Below, one piece after another: positions 24,674 to 32,000 of a stretch of DNA of 32,000 nucleotides (positions are counted from its first letter, which is position 1; each line of letters begins with the position of its first letter). This DNA comes from Cupriavidus necator. GTDB taxonomy: Bacteria; Pseudomonadota; Gammaproteobacteria; Burkholderiales; Burkholderiaceae. The stretch spans positions 2,730,001 through 2,762,000 of the forward strand of contig NZ_CP066019.1 in NCBI RefSeq assembly GCF_016127575.1. Reading direction: 5' to 3'. The notes below the pieces were generated by a model, which had not been told where the DNA came from, searched no databases, and saw only the letters and a list, made by a program, of their open reading frames with translations. Position numbers and translations under genes: made by a program.

Positions 24674-24691
24674 CCATTGTCTGCACAATGG
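24674..24691. promoter_or_regulatory. Perfect 18-bp palindrome CCATTGT-CTGC-ACAATGG upstream of the PepSY_TM operon
   Basis: 7+4+7 perfect inverted repeat about 100 nt upstream of ATG 24573, between the Fur-like box and the coding start. It could be a second operator or a leader hairpin. Confidence 0.3.
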
Positions 24692-24708
24692 TTGGCGGAA
24701 GAGAGAAG

Positions 24709-24727
24709 GATAATCGTTCGCATTTGA
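24709..24727 (-). promoter_or_regulatory. Fur-box-like AT-rich site
   Basis: GATAATCGTTCGCATTTGA matches the 19-bp Fur consensus GATAATGATAATCATTATC at 11 of 19 positions, with the first 6 perfect. It sits in the only AT-rich patch upstream of the operon, about 136 nt from ATG 24573. It overlaps an ATTTGAAAT near-palindrome flanked by TCGCA direct repeats. Confidence 0.4.
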
Positions 24728-24899
24728 AATCGCAAACGGTCCGGGACGGCGCTGGATTACAGCGCATTACAACGTGAAGCAGCGGGACGGATCACTTGTC
24801 CGCGGCGCTCTGGTTCGCTGGAAGAGATGTGCAACGCACAAGCAAGACGGCACATGTAAGCCAATCAACCATATCACCCGAAGGGGTGAAATTACCCAG

Positions 24900-24927
24900 T
24901 CAAGTTAGTTGCCTCCTGCGCCGTTAA
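24900..24927 (+). promoter_or_regulatory. Sigma-28 (FliA)-type promoter for the chemoreceptor gene
   Basis: TCAAGTTA-N12-GCCGTTAA compared with the consensus TAAAGTTT-N11-GCCGATAA: 6/8 and 7/8 matches, spacer one nt long. About 105 nt upstream of ATG 25033. Confidence 0.5.
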
Positions 24928-25032
24928 GGCGATGACTCACACGCATGCGACAGGCGCCACCGATGCATGACGCCGCCGGCGTGTCGCCGACAAGAAAACG
25001 CGCAGAGCGCGGAATATGGAGGAGTGGAAGCA

Positions 25033-26589
25033 ATGCTGCACAACCTGAGCCTGAAGAAGAAGCTGTTATTGCCGCTGGTGCTGAGCTGGATCTGCCTGCT
25101 CGGCATCACGCTGTGGAACGCGTGGCAGATCCGCTCGCTACGCATGGAAGAGCGGCGCCTGGACCTGGCCCACGTCACCGACACCGCATTCTCGGTGGTG
25201 GCCGAGTACGAGGCGCTGGCCAAGGCCGGCAAGCTGACGCAGGACGAGGCCAGGAATCAGGCCATCGAGCGCGTGCGCGCGATGCGCTTCGGCAGCGATG
25301 GCTATTTCACGCTGATGCGCTCGGACACCGTGGTATTGATGCACCCGTTCAAGCCGGAGATGAACGGCAAGGCCATGGAAGGCACCAAGGACCCCAACGG
25401 CGTCTACCTCTTCCGCGAAATCGCCGGGATCGGCAAAGGGCCTGGCAAGGGCTTCGTCGAGTACCTGTGGCCCAAGCCCGGCGCGGATGCGCCGCAGCCC
25501 AAGCTGAGCTACGTGGCCAACTTCCGCCCGTGGGACTGGAACTTCATCGCGGGCCTGTACCTGGACGACATCGAGGCGGCGTTCCGCGCCGAACTGATGA
25601 AGGCGTTCGGCATCCTGCTGGGGGTTGGCTTGCTGATGTCGCTGGTGATGGTGCGCGTGGCGGCCAGCCTGCAGCGCCAGCTGGGCGGCGAACCTGCCAC
25701 CACGGCGCACATCGCCGGGCGCATTGCCGAAGGCGACCTCGGCAGCCAGGTAGAGGTGCGCCCCGGCGACGAGCACAGCGTCCTCTATGCGATGCATCGC
25801 ATGCAGGCGCGCCTGACCGGCGCAATCGGCAGCATCCGCGGCTCGGCCGATTCGATCGCGGGCGCGGCCAAGCAGATCGCCGCGGGCAACGCCGACCTGT
25901 CGCGCCGCAGCGAAGAACAGGCCGCGTCGCTGCAGGAAACCGCCGCCAGCATGGAGCAGCTCACCAGCACCGTGCGCCAGAGCGCCGAGAACGCGCGCCA
26001 GGCCAGCCACCTGGCCGAAGGCGCATCGGACATCGCGGTGCGCGGCGGCACCATCGTCAGCCAGGTGGTGGACACCATGGGCGAGATCAAGAATGCCTCG
26101 GGCAAGGTGGTCGACATCATCGGCGTGATCGAGGGCATTGCCTTCCAGACCAACATCCTCGCGCTCAATGCGGCCGTGGAAGCGGCACGTGCCGGCGACC
26201 AGGGCCGCGGCTTCGCGGTGGTGGCCGGCGAGGTGCGCACGCTGGCGCAGCGCAGCGCCACCGCTGCAAAGGAGATCAAGGCGCTGATCGGCAACTCGGC
26301 GCAGCGCGTGGATGACGGCGCGGTGCTGGTTGAAAGCGCGGGCAAGGCGATGGACGAGATCGTCGGCGCGGTCAAGCGCGTGACCGACCTGATGGCCGAG
26401 ATGCGCGCGGCTACCGAGGAGCAGACCGGCGGCATCGAGCAGGTCAACCAGGCGGTGTCGCAGATGGACCAGATGGCGCAGCAGAACGCCGCGCTGGTGG
26501 AAGAAGCCGCGGCCGCCGCCGCCTCGCTGGAAGACCAGGCCGATGCGCTGCATCACGCGGTCGGCCAGTTCCGGCTGGCGCAGGCCTGA
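25033..26589 (+). CDS. Methyl-accepting chemotaxis protein with a periplasmic sCache_2-type sensor, HAMP and MCP signalling domains
   Basis: Track ORF 24967-26589; start moved to ATG 25033 (GGAGGAG 25017-25023). TM1 [18 protein letters not shown]. Cache strings [58 protein letters not shown]. Signalling hairpin [41 protein letters not shown]. Confidence 0.9.
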   Translation: MLHNLSLKKKLLLPLVLSWICLLGITLWNAWQIRSLRMEERRLDLAHVTDTAFSVVAEYEALAKAGKLTQDEARNQAIERVRAMRFGSDGYFTLMRSDTVVLMHPFKPEMNGKAMEGTKDPNGVYLFREIAGIGKGPGKGFVEYLWPKPGADAPQPKLSYVANFRPWDWNFIAGLYLDDIEAAFRAELMKAFGILLGVGLLMSLVMVRVAASLQRQLGGEPATTAHIAGRIAEGDLGSQVEVRPGDEHSVLYAMHRMQARLTGAIGSIRGSADSIAGAAKQIAAGNADLSRRSEEQAASLQETAASMEQLTSTVRQSAENARQASHLAEGASDIAVRGGTIVSQVVDTMGEIKNASGKVVDIIGVIEGIAFQTNILALNAAVEAARAGDQGRGFAVVAGEVRTLAQRSATAAKEIKALIGNSAQRVDDGAVLVESAGKAMDEIVGAVKRVTDLMAEMRAATEEQTGGIEQVNQAVSQMDQMAQQNAALVEEAAAAAASLEDQADALHHAVGQFRLAQA

Positions 26590-26657
26590 CGGCAGCGCCT
26601 GCGCTTGTCACTTGAGCGTCATACGCACCAGACTGCTGCGTGTATCATGAAGCGCAA

Positions 26658-26678
26658 CCGGCCGCCCCTTGCGGCCGG
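26658..26678 (+). terminator. GC hairpin between the MCP and GlsB genes
   Basis: CCGGCCGC-CCCTT-GCGGCCGG is a perfect 8-bp stem 69 nt after the MCP stop and 34 nt before ATG 26712. There is no U-tract, so it may be a terminator or a leader structure. Confidence 0.35.
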
Positions 26679-26711
26679 CATGGACTCAGACCACTACCGG
26701 GAGAGCGCATC

Positions 26712-26963
26712 ATGATGGCATTCATTGGCACCGTGTTCGTTGGCCTTATCGTCGGCCTGATCGCCAGGGCGGTCAAACCCGGCGACGACAAGATGGGCTG
26801 GATCATGACCATCGTCCTGGGCGTGCTGGGCTCGCTGGCTGCAGGCTACGTCGGCCGCGCCATGGGCTGGTACCTGCCGGGCCAGCCGGCCGGCTGGATT
26901 GCGTCGGTGATTGGCGCGATCGTGCTGCTGGTGATCTACGGCATGGTCCGGCGCAAGGGCTGA
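26712..26963 (+). CDS. GlsB/YeaQ/YmgE-family (transglycosylase-associated) small stress membrane protein
   Basis: Track ORF 26640-26963; start moved to ATG 26712 (GGGAGAG upstream). MMAFIGTVFVGLIVGLIARAVKPGDDKMGWIMTIVLGVLGSLAAGYVGRAMGWY is a family-typical sequence. Confidence 0.85.
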   Translation: MMAFIGTVFVGLIVGLIARAVKPGDDKMGWIMTIVLGVLGSLAAGYVGRAMGWYLPGQPAGWIASVIGAIVLLVIYGMVRRKG

Positions 26964-29900
26964 CTGGCGCGGCGCACGCCGGCGGCGTCCTGCGCGTCGG
27001 CCAGGGCCGGTACCTCGGGCGCGGCAGGCGCCTGCGGTACCGCGGCAGTATTGGGCGTGCCGCTGCGCGCCGGCCCCTGGAGGCTCTGGAGGCCCTGGGC
27101 CAGCGTGGCGCCAGGCACGGCGTCGGCCGGCGTGGCCATGGCGGGCACGCGCGGCGTACGCAGGCCGGGCGCGGCATCATGGCAACGCAGCAGCGGGCGG
27201 TCGCCACCCGGCGCCATCGCCGACACCTGCGGCGCGACCGCCCGCAGGACCCGCACCGCCAGCGCGCTGGTAAAGCTGTAGCGCGCCGCATAGGGTTCTC
27301 TCACATTGACCACTACGGTGCCGAAGAAGCGCTCGCCCAGCGTGAACACAAAGGTGGCCGAGCGGTTCACCGAGCGCGACGAAATCAGCCGCCCGCCCGG
27401 CCCATAGACCTGGTAGCGCTGGTCGCCGGTGCCGGTCTTGCCCGCCACCGCCAGCGTGGCGCCGTCGCGCCCGGGCACCGTGAAGGCGCCGCGGATCGAC
27501 CTGGCGGTGCCGCGCTCCACCACATCCAGCATCGAGCGCCGCGCCAGTTCGGCCACTTCGGCCGGCAATACCCGCTTGCCCGGACCCGGCTGCAGCACGT
27601 AGCGCGTGGCGTACGGCGTGCCGTCGGCAAACGCCAGGCTGCGCACCGCCGTGTTCTGCGTGACTACGCCGCCCGCCAGCAGGATGCCGGCCAGCTCCGC
27701 CAGCGCGGCCGGCCGGTCGCCCGCGGCACCGATGGCGCTGCCGTACGACGGCGTCAGGGAATCGAACGGATAGCCCAGCCGCTGCCAGCGCCGCGCAATC
27801 CGCGTGAAGGCGTCTTGCTCCAGCAGCGTGCGGATGCGGTTGTCCTGGCCGGCCTTGCTGCGCGTGCGGAACAGCCATTTGTACACTTCCTGGCGCTCGG
27901 CGGTGCTGGCCTTCAGGATCTCTGCCAGCGTCGCGTCGGGGTGCTGGTCGAGGTACTCCACCATCCACAGTTCCAGCGGATGCACCCGTGACAGGTAGCC
28001 CCGGTCGTTCAGGTTGAACTTGTCCTTGCCGTACTTGCGGTACAGCGCGCTCAGGTCTTCGCCGGCCAGCTGCTTGTCGCCCAGGCGGGCGCGCATGATG
28101 CGGATGTAGCTGTCCTCGTCCAGGTGCGGCCGCGCGCTCAGCAGCGTCACCGACATGCGCACCGCATTCAGGTGCGGCGTAGTCATGCGCACGCGGCCCA
28201 GCAGCGTGGCCAGGCGCAGCTCAGAACTCTTGCCGCGGTAGCGCTGGTAGAAGTTCGTCATGTAGGCGCTGCCCTCCTGGTCGGCAAAGCGCTCCAGGTA
28301 GGCGCGCCGGCCGGGCGCGTCGCGGTCATCGAAGAGCTCGCCAATGTCCGGGCTGGCGTGGAAGGTCTCGTAGCGCACGATGTCGCGCATCATGCGGATG
28401 AAGACCAGGTTGACCGAGTGCTGGAATGCGGTCCGCACCGTCAGGTTGCGCATGCCCGATTCACGCTCGAAATTGCTGAAGCTCTGCAGGCCGCCGCCGG
28501 TGTAGAAGGCTTCGCCGGCGCCGCCGGAGTACTTGCGCTCCATGGCGGCATCGAGCATGGCCATCAGCTCGCGCTCCGCGGGCTTGCGCGCCTTAAGCAA
28601 GTAATCGACCGCCCAGTGGCTGAGCGCGTCCTGGCGTGCCAGCGGCACCGCGGCCAGCTGTGCGCTGGTCATGCCGGCATAGCGCGCGTGCAGCTCGCTG
28701 ATGATCTCCAGGTAGGTCACCAGCGTGCGCAGCTTGGCCGTGGAACCCAGGTTCAGGCGCGCGCCGCTGTTGATATCAAAGGGCTGGTCGATATTGTCGG
28801 CCTGGATCCGCACCACGCTGGCATTGCCCACGCGCTCATACAGCGTGAAGCTCGTCATCAGTTTCGACGGGTCGTCGTGGTCGCGCAGCAGGTTGTGGCC
28901 GTACAGGCCCATGGCGCGCGCATCGGCCTTGTTGTTCACGCGCTGCAGCGTTTCGGTGACGATGCGCTGCGCCTCGCGGTTGACGGTGCTGTCCACGGTC
29001 AGGTCGAGCCGGTCCATGTCGTAGCGGCTCTCCACCCCGGTGAGCCGGGTGATATCGGCACGCACCCGGTTGACGGCCTTGCGCGTGACAAAGGGCTCCT
29101 GCGGCGGGCTCTGGGGTGGCGCGGCCTTGTCCAGCGGCTGCGCCAGCGCTACGTCGCGCAGCTCGGCGGTGATGACGTTGTTGGCCGCCAGCAGGCGCAG
29201 GTAGCTGCCGGTCAGCGCATCCAGGTTGGTGTCATCGCGGCGCAGGTGGTAGGACGGGCGGCGCTGCGAGATGATCAGCGACAGTGCGCGCTTGAAGGCC
29301 TGCGCCTGGCGCGGCTCGGGCGCGTGCTGGTCCAGTTCCTTGAGCAGCCGGTTGACCTCGCCGAAGTCCTCGCCATACCAGACCCAGAGCCCATCGCCGA
29401 TGCCGTTGATCTCGCCGAAGCCGGCGCGCGCCGACAGCGGCACCGTGTTCAGGTAGTCGACCACGATGCGCTCGCGCGCGCGCTGGGTGTCGGGGCCGTC
29501 CAGGTAGGCACGCAGCGACGCCGACGCCATCTGGCGGAATTTCTCCGGGATCGATGCGGTGCGCCCTTCGGGCGAGTGCCGGTATTTCTCGATCTGCGTG
29601 GCCAGCGTGCTGCCGCCGGGCGCGTCATGCGACTTGTCGGCAAGCCGGATCACCTGGTCGAGCACCGCGCGCGACAGCCGGCGCCAGTCCAGCGCCGGGT
29701 TCATATTGGGGTATTCCGGGTTGAGCAGGCCCTGGTTCTCGACATAGAGCAAGGCGCTCACCAGCAGCGGCGGCACCGTGCCGAAGTCCGGGTACTGGCG
29801 CTGCGGATAACGCTCGAACGCCAGCGTCAGCCCGTTGCAGTCGCGCAGCAGCAGGCCCGCCTGGTTCTTCTCGCGGTAGGGCGTGAACAGGCCTTCGTCG

Positions 29901-30211
29901 ATCAGCCGCACCATCTCGGGCGACATGCGCGCCTGTTCGGCGGGAACGTAGCCGCGCTGCTCCAGCCGCTGCGCGAACAGCGGCACCTGGCCGTAGCCCA
30001 TGCGGGCGTCATAGGGCCCGGAATGCGGGAAACGGATGCTGTCGCTGGCGCCCGGCAGGATCTCGAATGTCAGCCGCTGCCCCAGGCTGCCGATCAGCCG
30101 CGCCTGCAAGTGCGAGTTGTGCACTTCGCTTGCGACAAAGCTGTACACAACATAGGCGCCCCCACCAAGGGCGACCGCCAAGCCAGCGAAGATCCAGCCA
30201 CGACGCGACAC
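26936..30211 (-). CDS. Atypical 1091-aa class-A penicillin-binding-protein-like protein (GT51 transglycosylase + transpeptidase motifs, large insertions)
   Basis: GTG 30211 (GGGAAG upstream). N-terminal anchor WIFAGLAVALGGGAYVVYSFV. GT51-like strings LLYVENQG, GGSTLATQ, DYLNTVPL. Transpeptidase triad STAK (Ser490, codon 28744-28742), SVN (599-601), KTG (925-927). Pro/Ala-rich C-terminal tail. The 3' end overlaps the GlsB gene antisense by 28 nt. Confidence 0.8.
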   Translation of the reverse strand: MSRRGWIFAGLAVALGGGAYVVYSFVASEVHNSHLQARLIGSLGQRLTFEILPGASDSIRFPHSGPYDARMGYGQVPLFAQRLEQRGYVPAEQARMSPEMVRLIDEGLFTPYREKNQAGLLLRDCNGLTLAFERYPQRQYPDFGTVPPLLVSALLYVENQGLLNPEYPNMNPALDWRRLSRAVLDQVIRLADKSHDAPGGSTLATQIEKYRHSPEGRTASIPEKFRQMASASLRAYLDGPDTQRARERIVVDYLNTVPLSARAGFGEINGIGDGLWVWYGEDFGEVNRLLKELDQHAPEPRQAQAFKRALSLIISQRRPSYHLRRDDTNLDALTGSYLRLLAANNVITAELRDVALAQPLDKAAPPQSPPQEPFVTRKAVNRVRADITRLTGVESRYDMDRLDLTVDSTVNREAQRIVTETLQRVNNKADARAMGLYGHNLLRDHDDPSKLMTSFTLYERVGNASVVRIQADNIDQPFDINSGARLNLGSTAKLRTLVTYLEIISELHARYAGMTSAQLAAVPLARQDALSHWAVDYLLKARKPAERELMAMLDAAMERKYSGGAGEAFYTGGGLQSFSNFERESGMRNLTVRTAFQHSVNLVFIRMMRDIVRYETFHASPDIGELFDDRDAPGRRAYLERFADQEGSAYMTNFYQRYRGKSSELRLATLLGRVRMTTPHLNAVRMSVTLLSARPHLDEDSYIRIMRARLGDKQLAGEDLSALYRKYGKDKFNLNDRGYLSRVHPLELWMVEYLDQHPDATLAEILKASTAERQEVYKWLFRTRSKAGQDNRIRTLLEQDAFTRIARRWQRLGYPFDSLTPSYGSAIGAAGDRPAALAELAGILLAGGVVTQNTAVRSLAFADGTPYATRYVLQPGPGKRVLPAEVAELARRSMLDVVERGTARSIRGAFTVPGRDGATLAVAGKTGTGDQRYQVYGPGGRLISSRSVNRSATFVFTLGERFFGTVVVNVREPYAARYSFTSALAVRVLRAVAPQVSAMAPGGDRPLLRCHDAAPGLRTPRVPAMATPADAVPGATLAQGLQSLQGPARSGTPNTAAVPQAPAAPEVPALADAQDAAGVRRASQPLRRTMP

Positions 30212-30319
30212 GTTTGGGCTTCCCTGTTGGGCCGATGCAGCGCGCAGGGGCTGTCATGCACCGGCTCGAAGCGCAATGTTCTCGCGGCGCGCGCACGCCG
30301 CGCGCCGCCTGTCTTGATA

Positions 30320-30348
30320 TTAGTAGGAGTAAAGGCAGCCTGCAGCAA
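30320..30348 (-). promoter_or_regulatory. Possible sigma-70 promoter for the PBP-like gene
   Basis: On the minus strand: TTGCTG (30348-30343), 17-nt spacer, TACTAA (30325-20), in the only AT-rich patch of the 223-bp gap. Each hexamer matches consensus at 4/6. Confidence 0.3.
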
Positions 30349-30434
30349 GCGCACGCGCGGGCATTGTGCCGTTGCATACAGGCATCACTCCAGGCAGCGC
30401 CTGAGCCACATTGCGCCCCTGTCCGAAACGGTCA

Positions 30435-31469
30435 TCAGGCTGCCTGCGCGCGTGCCACGGGCCGCCCCCCGAACGGATAGCCCGGGTCGTTGTAGCCGTG
30501 CGTCGAGGCATGGCCCGGCGACACCAGCGCATCGACCATCGATTCTTCCTCGGGCGTGATGACGGCAGCGGGCGCGCCCAGGTAGTCCTCGAATTGCGCG
30601 AGCGTGCGCGGACCGGCAATGACCGACGAGATAATCGGGTTGGCCAGCACCCACGCCGTGGCGAACTGGCCCGGGGTCAGCCCGCGCCCTTCGGCATGGG
30701 CCTTGAGCTGCTGTGCAATCAGCAGCGACTCTTCACGGAACTCGGTTTCCATCATGCGGCGGTCTGCGCGGCCGGCGCGCGTACCCTCGCCCGGTGCCTG
30801 CCCGGGCGCGTACTTGCCGGTCAGCACGCCGCGCGCCACCGGGCTGTAGGGCACCACGCCCAGCCCGTAGTGCTCGCATGCCGGCAGGATCTCCACCTCC
30901 GGCATCCGGTTCAGCAGGTTGTAATAGGGCTGGCATGCCACCGGGCGCGGCACGCCCAGCTCGCCGCACAGCCGTGCGATCTCCGCGATGCGCCAGCCGC
31001 GGAAGTTCGACACCGCCCAGTAGCGGATCTTGCCGCTGCGCACCAGGTCGCCCATTGCCCGCACCGCCTCTTCCAGGTTCGCGCCGGGATAATCGCGGTG
31101 CAGATAGAGAATGTCGATGTAGTCCGTCGCCAGCCGGTGCAGGCTGTCCTCCACCGCGCGCAGGATCCAGGTCCGCGAATAGTGCCCGTGATTGGGCGCC
31201 GCCTGCATCGCGTTGCCCAGCTTGGTGGCAAGTACCCAGTCGTGGCGGCTGGCGGTCAGCAGGCGCCCGACCATCTGCTCCGACGCGCCCTTGGTATACA
31301 CGTCGGCGGTGTCGATGAAGTTCACGCCGTGGTCGCGCGCGCTGGCGACGATGCGGGCGGCTTCGGCCGCATCGGTCTGGTCGGCGAACATCATGGTGCC
31401 CAGGCAAAGTGCCGAAACGCGCAGGTTGCTGGCGCCGAGGCGGCGGTAGGGCATGGTGGTGGCGGGCAT
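30435..31469 (-). CDS. Aldo/keto reductase (Tas/YajO-like NADPH-dependent oxidoreductase)
   Basis: Track ORF 30435-31739; start moved to ATG 31469 (AAGGAG upstream). MPYRRLGASNLRVSALCLGTMMF, FIDTADVYTKGASEQMVG, LATKLG, YIDILYLHRDY, IRYWAVSNF, ACQPYYNLLNR, VVPYSPVARGVLTGKY. Confidence 0.9.
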   Translation of the reverse strand: MPATTMPYRRLGASNLRVSALCLGTMMFADQTDAAEAARIVASARDHGVNFIDTADVYTKGASEQMVGRLLTASRHDWVLATKLGNAMQAAPNHGHYSRTWILRAVEDSLHRLATDYIDILYLHRDYPGANLEEAVRAMGDLVRSGKIRYWAVSNFRGWRIAEIARLCGELGVPRPVACQPYYNLLNRMPEVEILPACEHYGLGVVPYSPVARGVLTGKYAPGQAPGEGTRAGRADRRMMETEFREESLLIAQQLKAHAEGRGLTPGQFATAWVLANPIISSVIAGPRTLAQFEDYLGAPAAVITPEEESMVDALVSPGHASTHGYNDPGYPFGGRPVARAQAA

Positions 31470-31765
31470 GGTGGCTCCTTGGGTGGGGTGGGATGGCGTC
31501 GGGTTGGTGAAAGCACAGGGCACAGGCGGAAACGGCAGACTGTGACCACGGTTCCACATTTTGCCGCGAGTCGGCGTGGCTTGCTGGCCCCCTGCCGGTT
31601 TCCGTGCGGCCCATCGGGGATCCAGCCCGGGAGAATTGGTTTCAATATGTTGCAGGCCGGCCAACGGGAGCCAATTTGCAGTCATATTCTCGCGTTTGCC
31701 GCGGAGGATGACGCTTTGCGCTACCCTCGCGGCGTTCATGCAAGAGAAGAAAAGAGTCGAACCTT

Positions 31766-32000
31766 ATGAAAACGGAAACCACGGATGTCGTCATCATCGG
31801 CGCAGGGCCCGCGGGCTCGGTCGCGGCCGGCTTGCTGCGCAAGCATGGGATTCCGGTGCTGGTGATCGAGAAGGAGACGTTCCCGCGCTTTTCCATCGGC
31901 GAAAGCCTGCTGCCGCAGAGCATGGCCTACATCGAAGAGGCAGGCATGCTGCGCGCGGTGGTGGAAGCGGGCTTCCAGTACAAGAACGGCGCCGCCTTCG
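31766..32000 (+). CDS. FAD-dependent oxidoreductase (geranylgeranyl-reductase / flavin-halogenase-like fold), 5' part only
   Basis: Not in the ORF track because it is open at the window end. ATG 31766 gives MKTETTDVVIIGAGPAGSVAAGLLRKHGIPVLVIEKETFPRFSIGESLLPQSM. It has a GxGxxG dinucleotide fold and an FPRxxIGES string. Divergent from the AKR gene. Confidence 0.7.
   Translation, partial: MKTETTDVVIIGAGPAGSVAAGLLRKHGIPVLVIEKETFPRFSIGESLLPQSMAYIEEAGMLRAVVEAGFQYKNGAAF

Noticed and set aside
24874-24889. Hairpin TCACCC-GAAG-GGGTGA as the terminator of a small RNA
   Set aside because: No promoter or conserved transcript can be shown from sequence, and the stem is short. It is kept only as part of the intergenic-region finding, not as an ncRNA feature.
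25138-26556. 472-aa minus-strand ORF
   Set aside because: It is antisense to the MCP gene, whose plus-strand frame contains the invariant MCP signalling hairpin.
28124-30559. 811-aa plus-strand ORF
   Set aside because: It is antisense to the PBP-like gene and runs across the intergenic gap into the AKR gene. The composition is biased and no motifs are present.
13557-31739. Long N-terminal extensions offered by the ORF track (starts at 3468, 13557, 14670, 19838, 21619, 24967, 26640, 31739 and others)
   Set aside because: In each case a downstream ATG has a Shine-Dalgarno sequence and/or abuts the previous gene's stop. That ATG also coincides with the beginning of the recognisable domain or signal peptide, and the extension is Arg/Pro-rich. 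The shorter gene models were used.
1-32000. Search for CRISPR arrays, IS/transposase/integrase genes, tRNA/rRNA genes, prophage or defence-system genes
   Set aside because: I found no regularly spaced direct repeats, no transposase- or integrase-like translations in any frame of the track, and no tRNA-like cloverleaf candidates in the intergenic gaps. The window reads as metabolic and transport accessory chromosome, not a mobile or defence island.

Overview
High-G+C segment that looks betaproteobacterial. The orphan Bug/TctC binding protein, GC-rich REP-like hairpins and LysR-rich metabolic modules suggest a Cupriavidus/Ralstonia-type Burkholderiaceae chromosome; this is inference only. I can support 29 protein-coding genes (two cut by the window edges). 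I see no rRNA/tRNA, CRISPR array, transposase or integrase. Left to right: (1) a truncated class III CoA-transferase; (2) a divergent allantoin/hydantoin salvage module (NCS1 permease, Asp/Glu/hydantoin-type racemase, PuuE-type allantoinase), then a FadR-type GntR regulator with a histone-H1-like N-terminal tail; (3) a cupin and two small membrane proteins; (4) a polar amino-acid ABC importer with no ATPase gene; (5) DUF427; (6) a LysR-controlled HMG-CoA-lyase-like / CoA-transferase / Bug binding-protein module; (7) an SDR; (8) a LysR + DJ-1/PfpI pair; (9) a secreted Ntn-hydrolase of the penicillin/AHL-acylase family; (10) a Fur-box-fronted five-gene operon (PepSY_TM, DUF2271, DUF4198, ApbE, membrane-tethered CysJ-like diflavin reductase); (11) a sigma-28-type promoter and an sCache_2 chemoreceptor; (12) a GlsB/YeaQ/YmgE protein; (13) a 1091-aa atypical class-A-PBP-like protein; (14) an aldo/keto reductase; (15) the start of an FAD-dependent oxidoreductase. 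The operon in (10) is the most interesting item. I read it as a cytoplasm-to-periplasm flavin-based electron conduit for reductive metal (iron) acquisition, and the DUF2271 protein carries a visible ApbE flavinylation motif. Many of the longest ORFs in the supplied track are antisense shadows typical of GC-rich DNA and were rejected. All homology statements rest on my reading of translated motifs; no searches were run.
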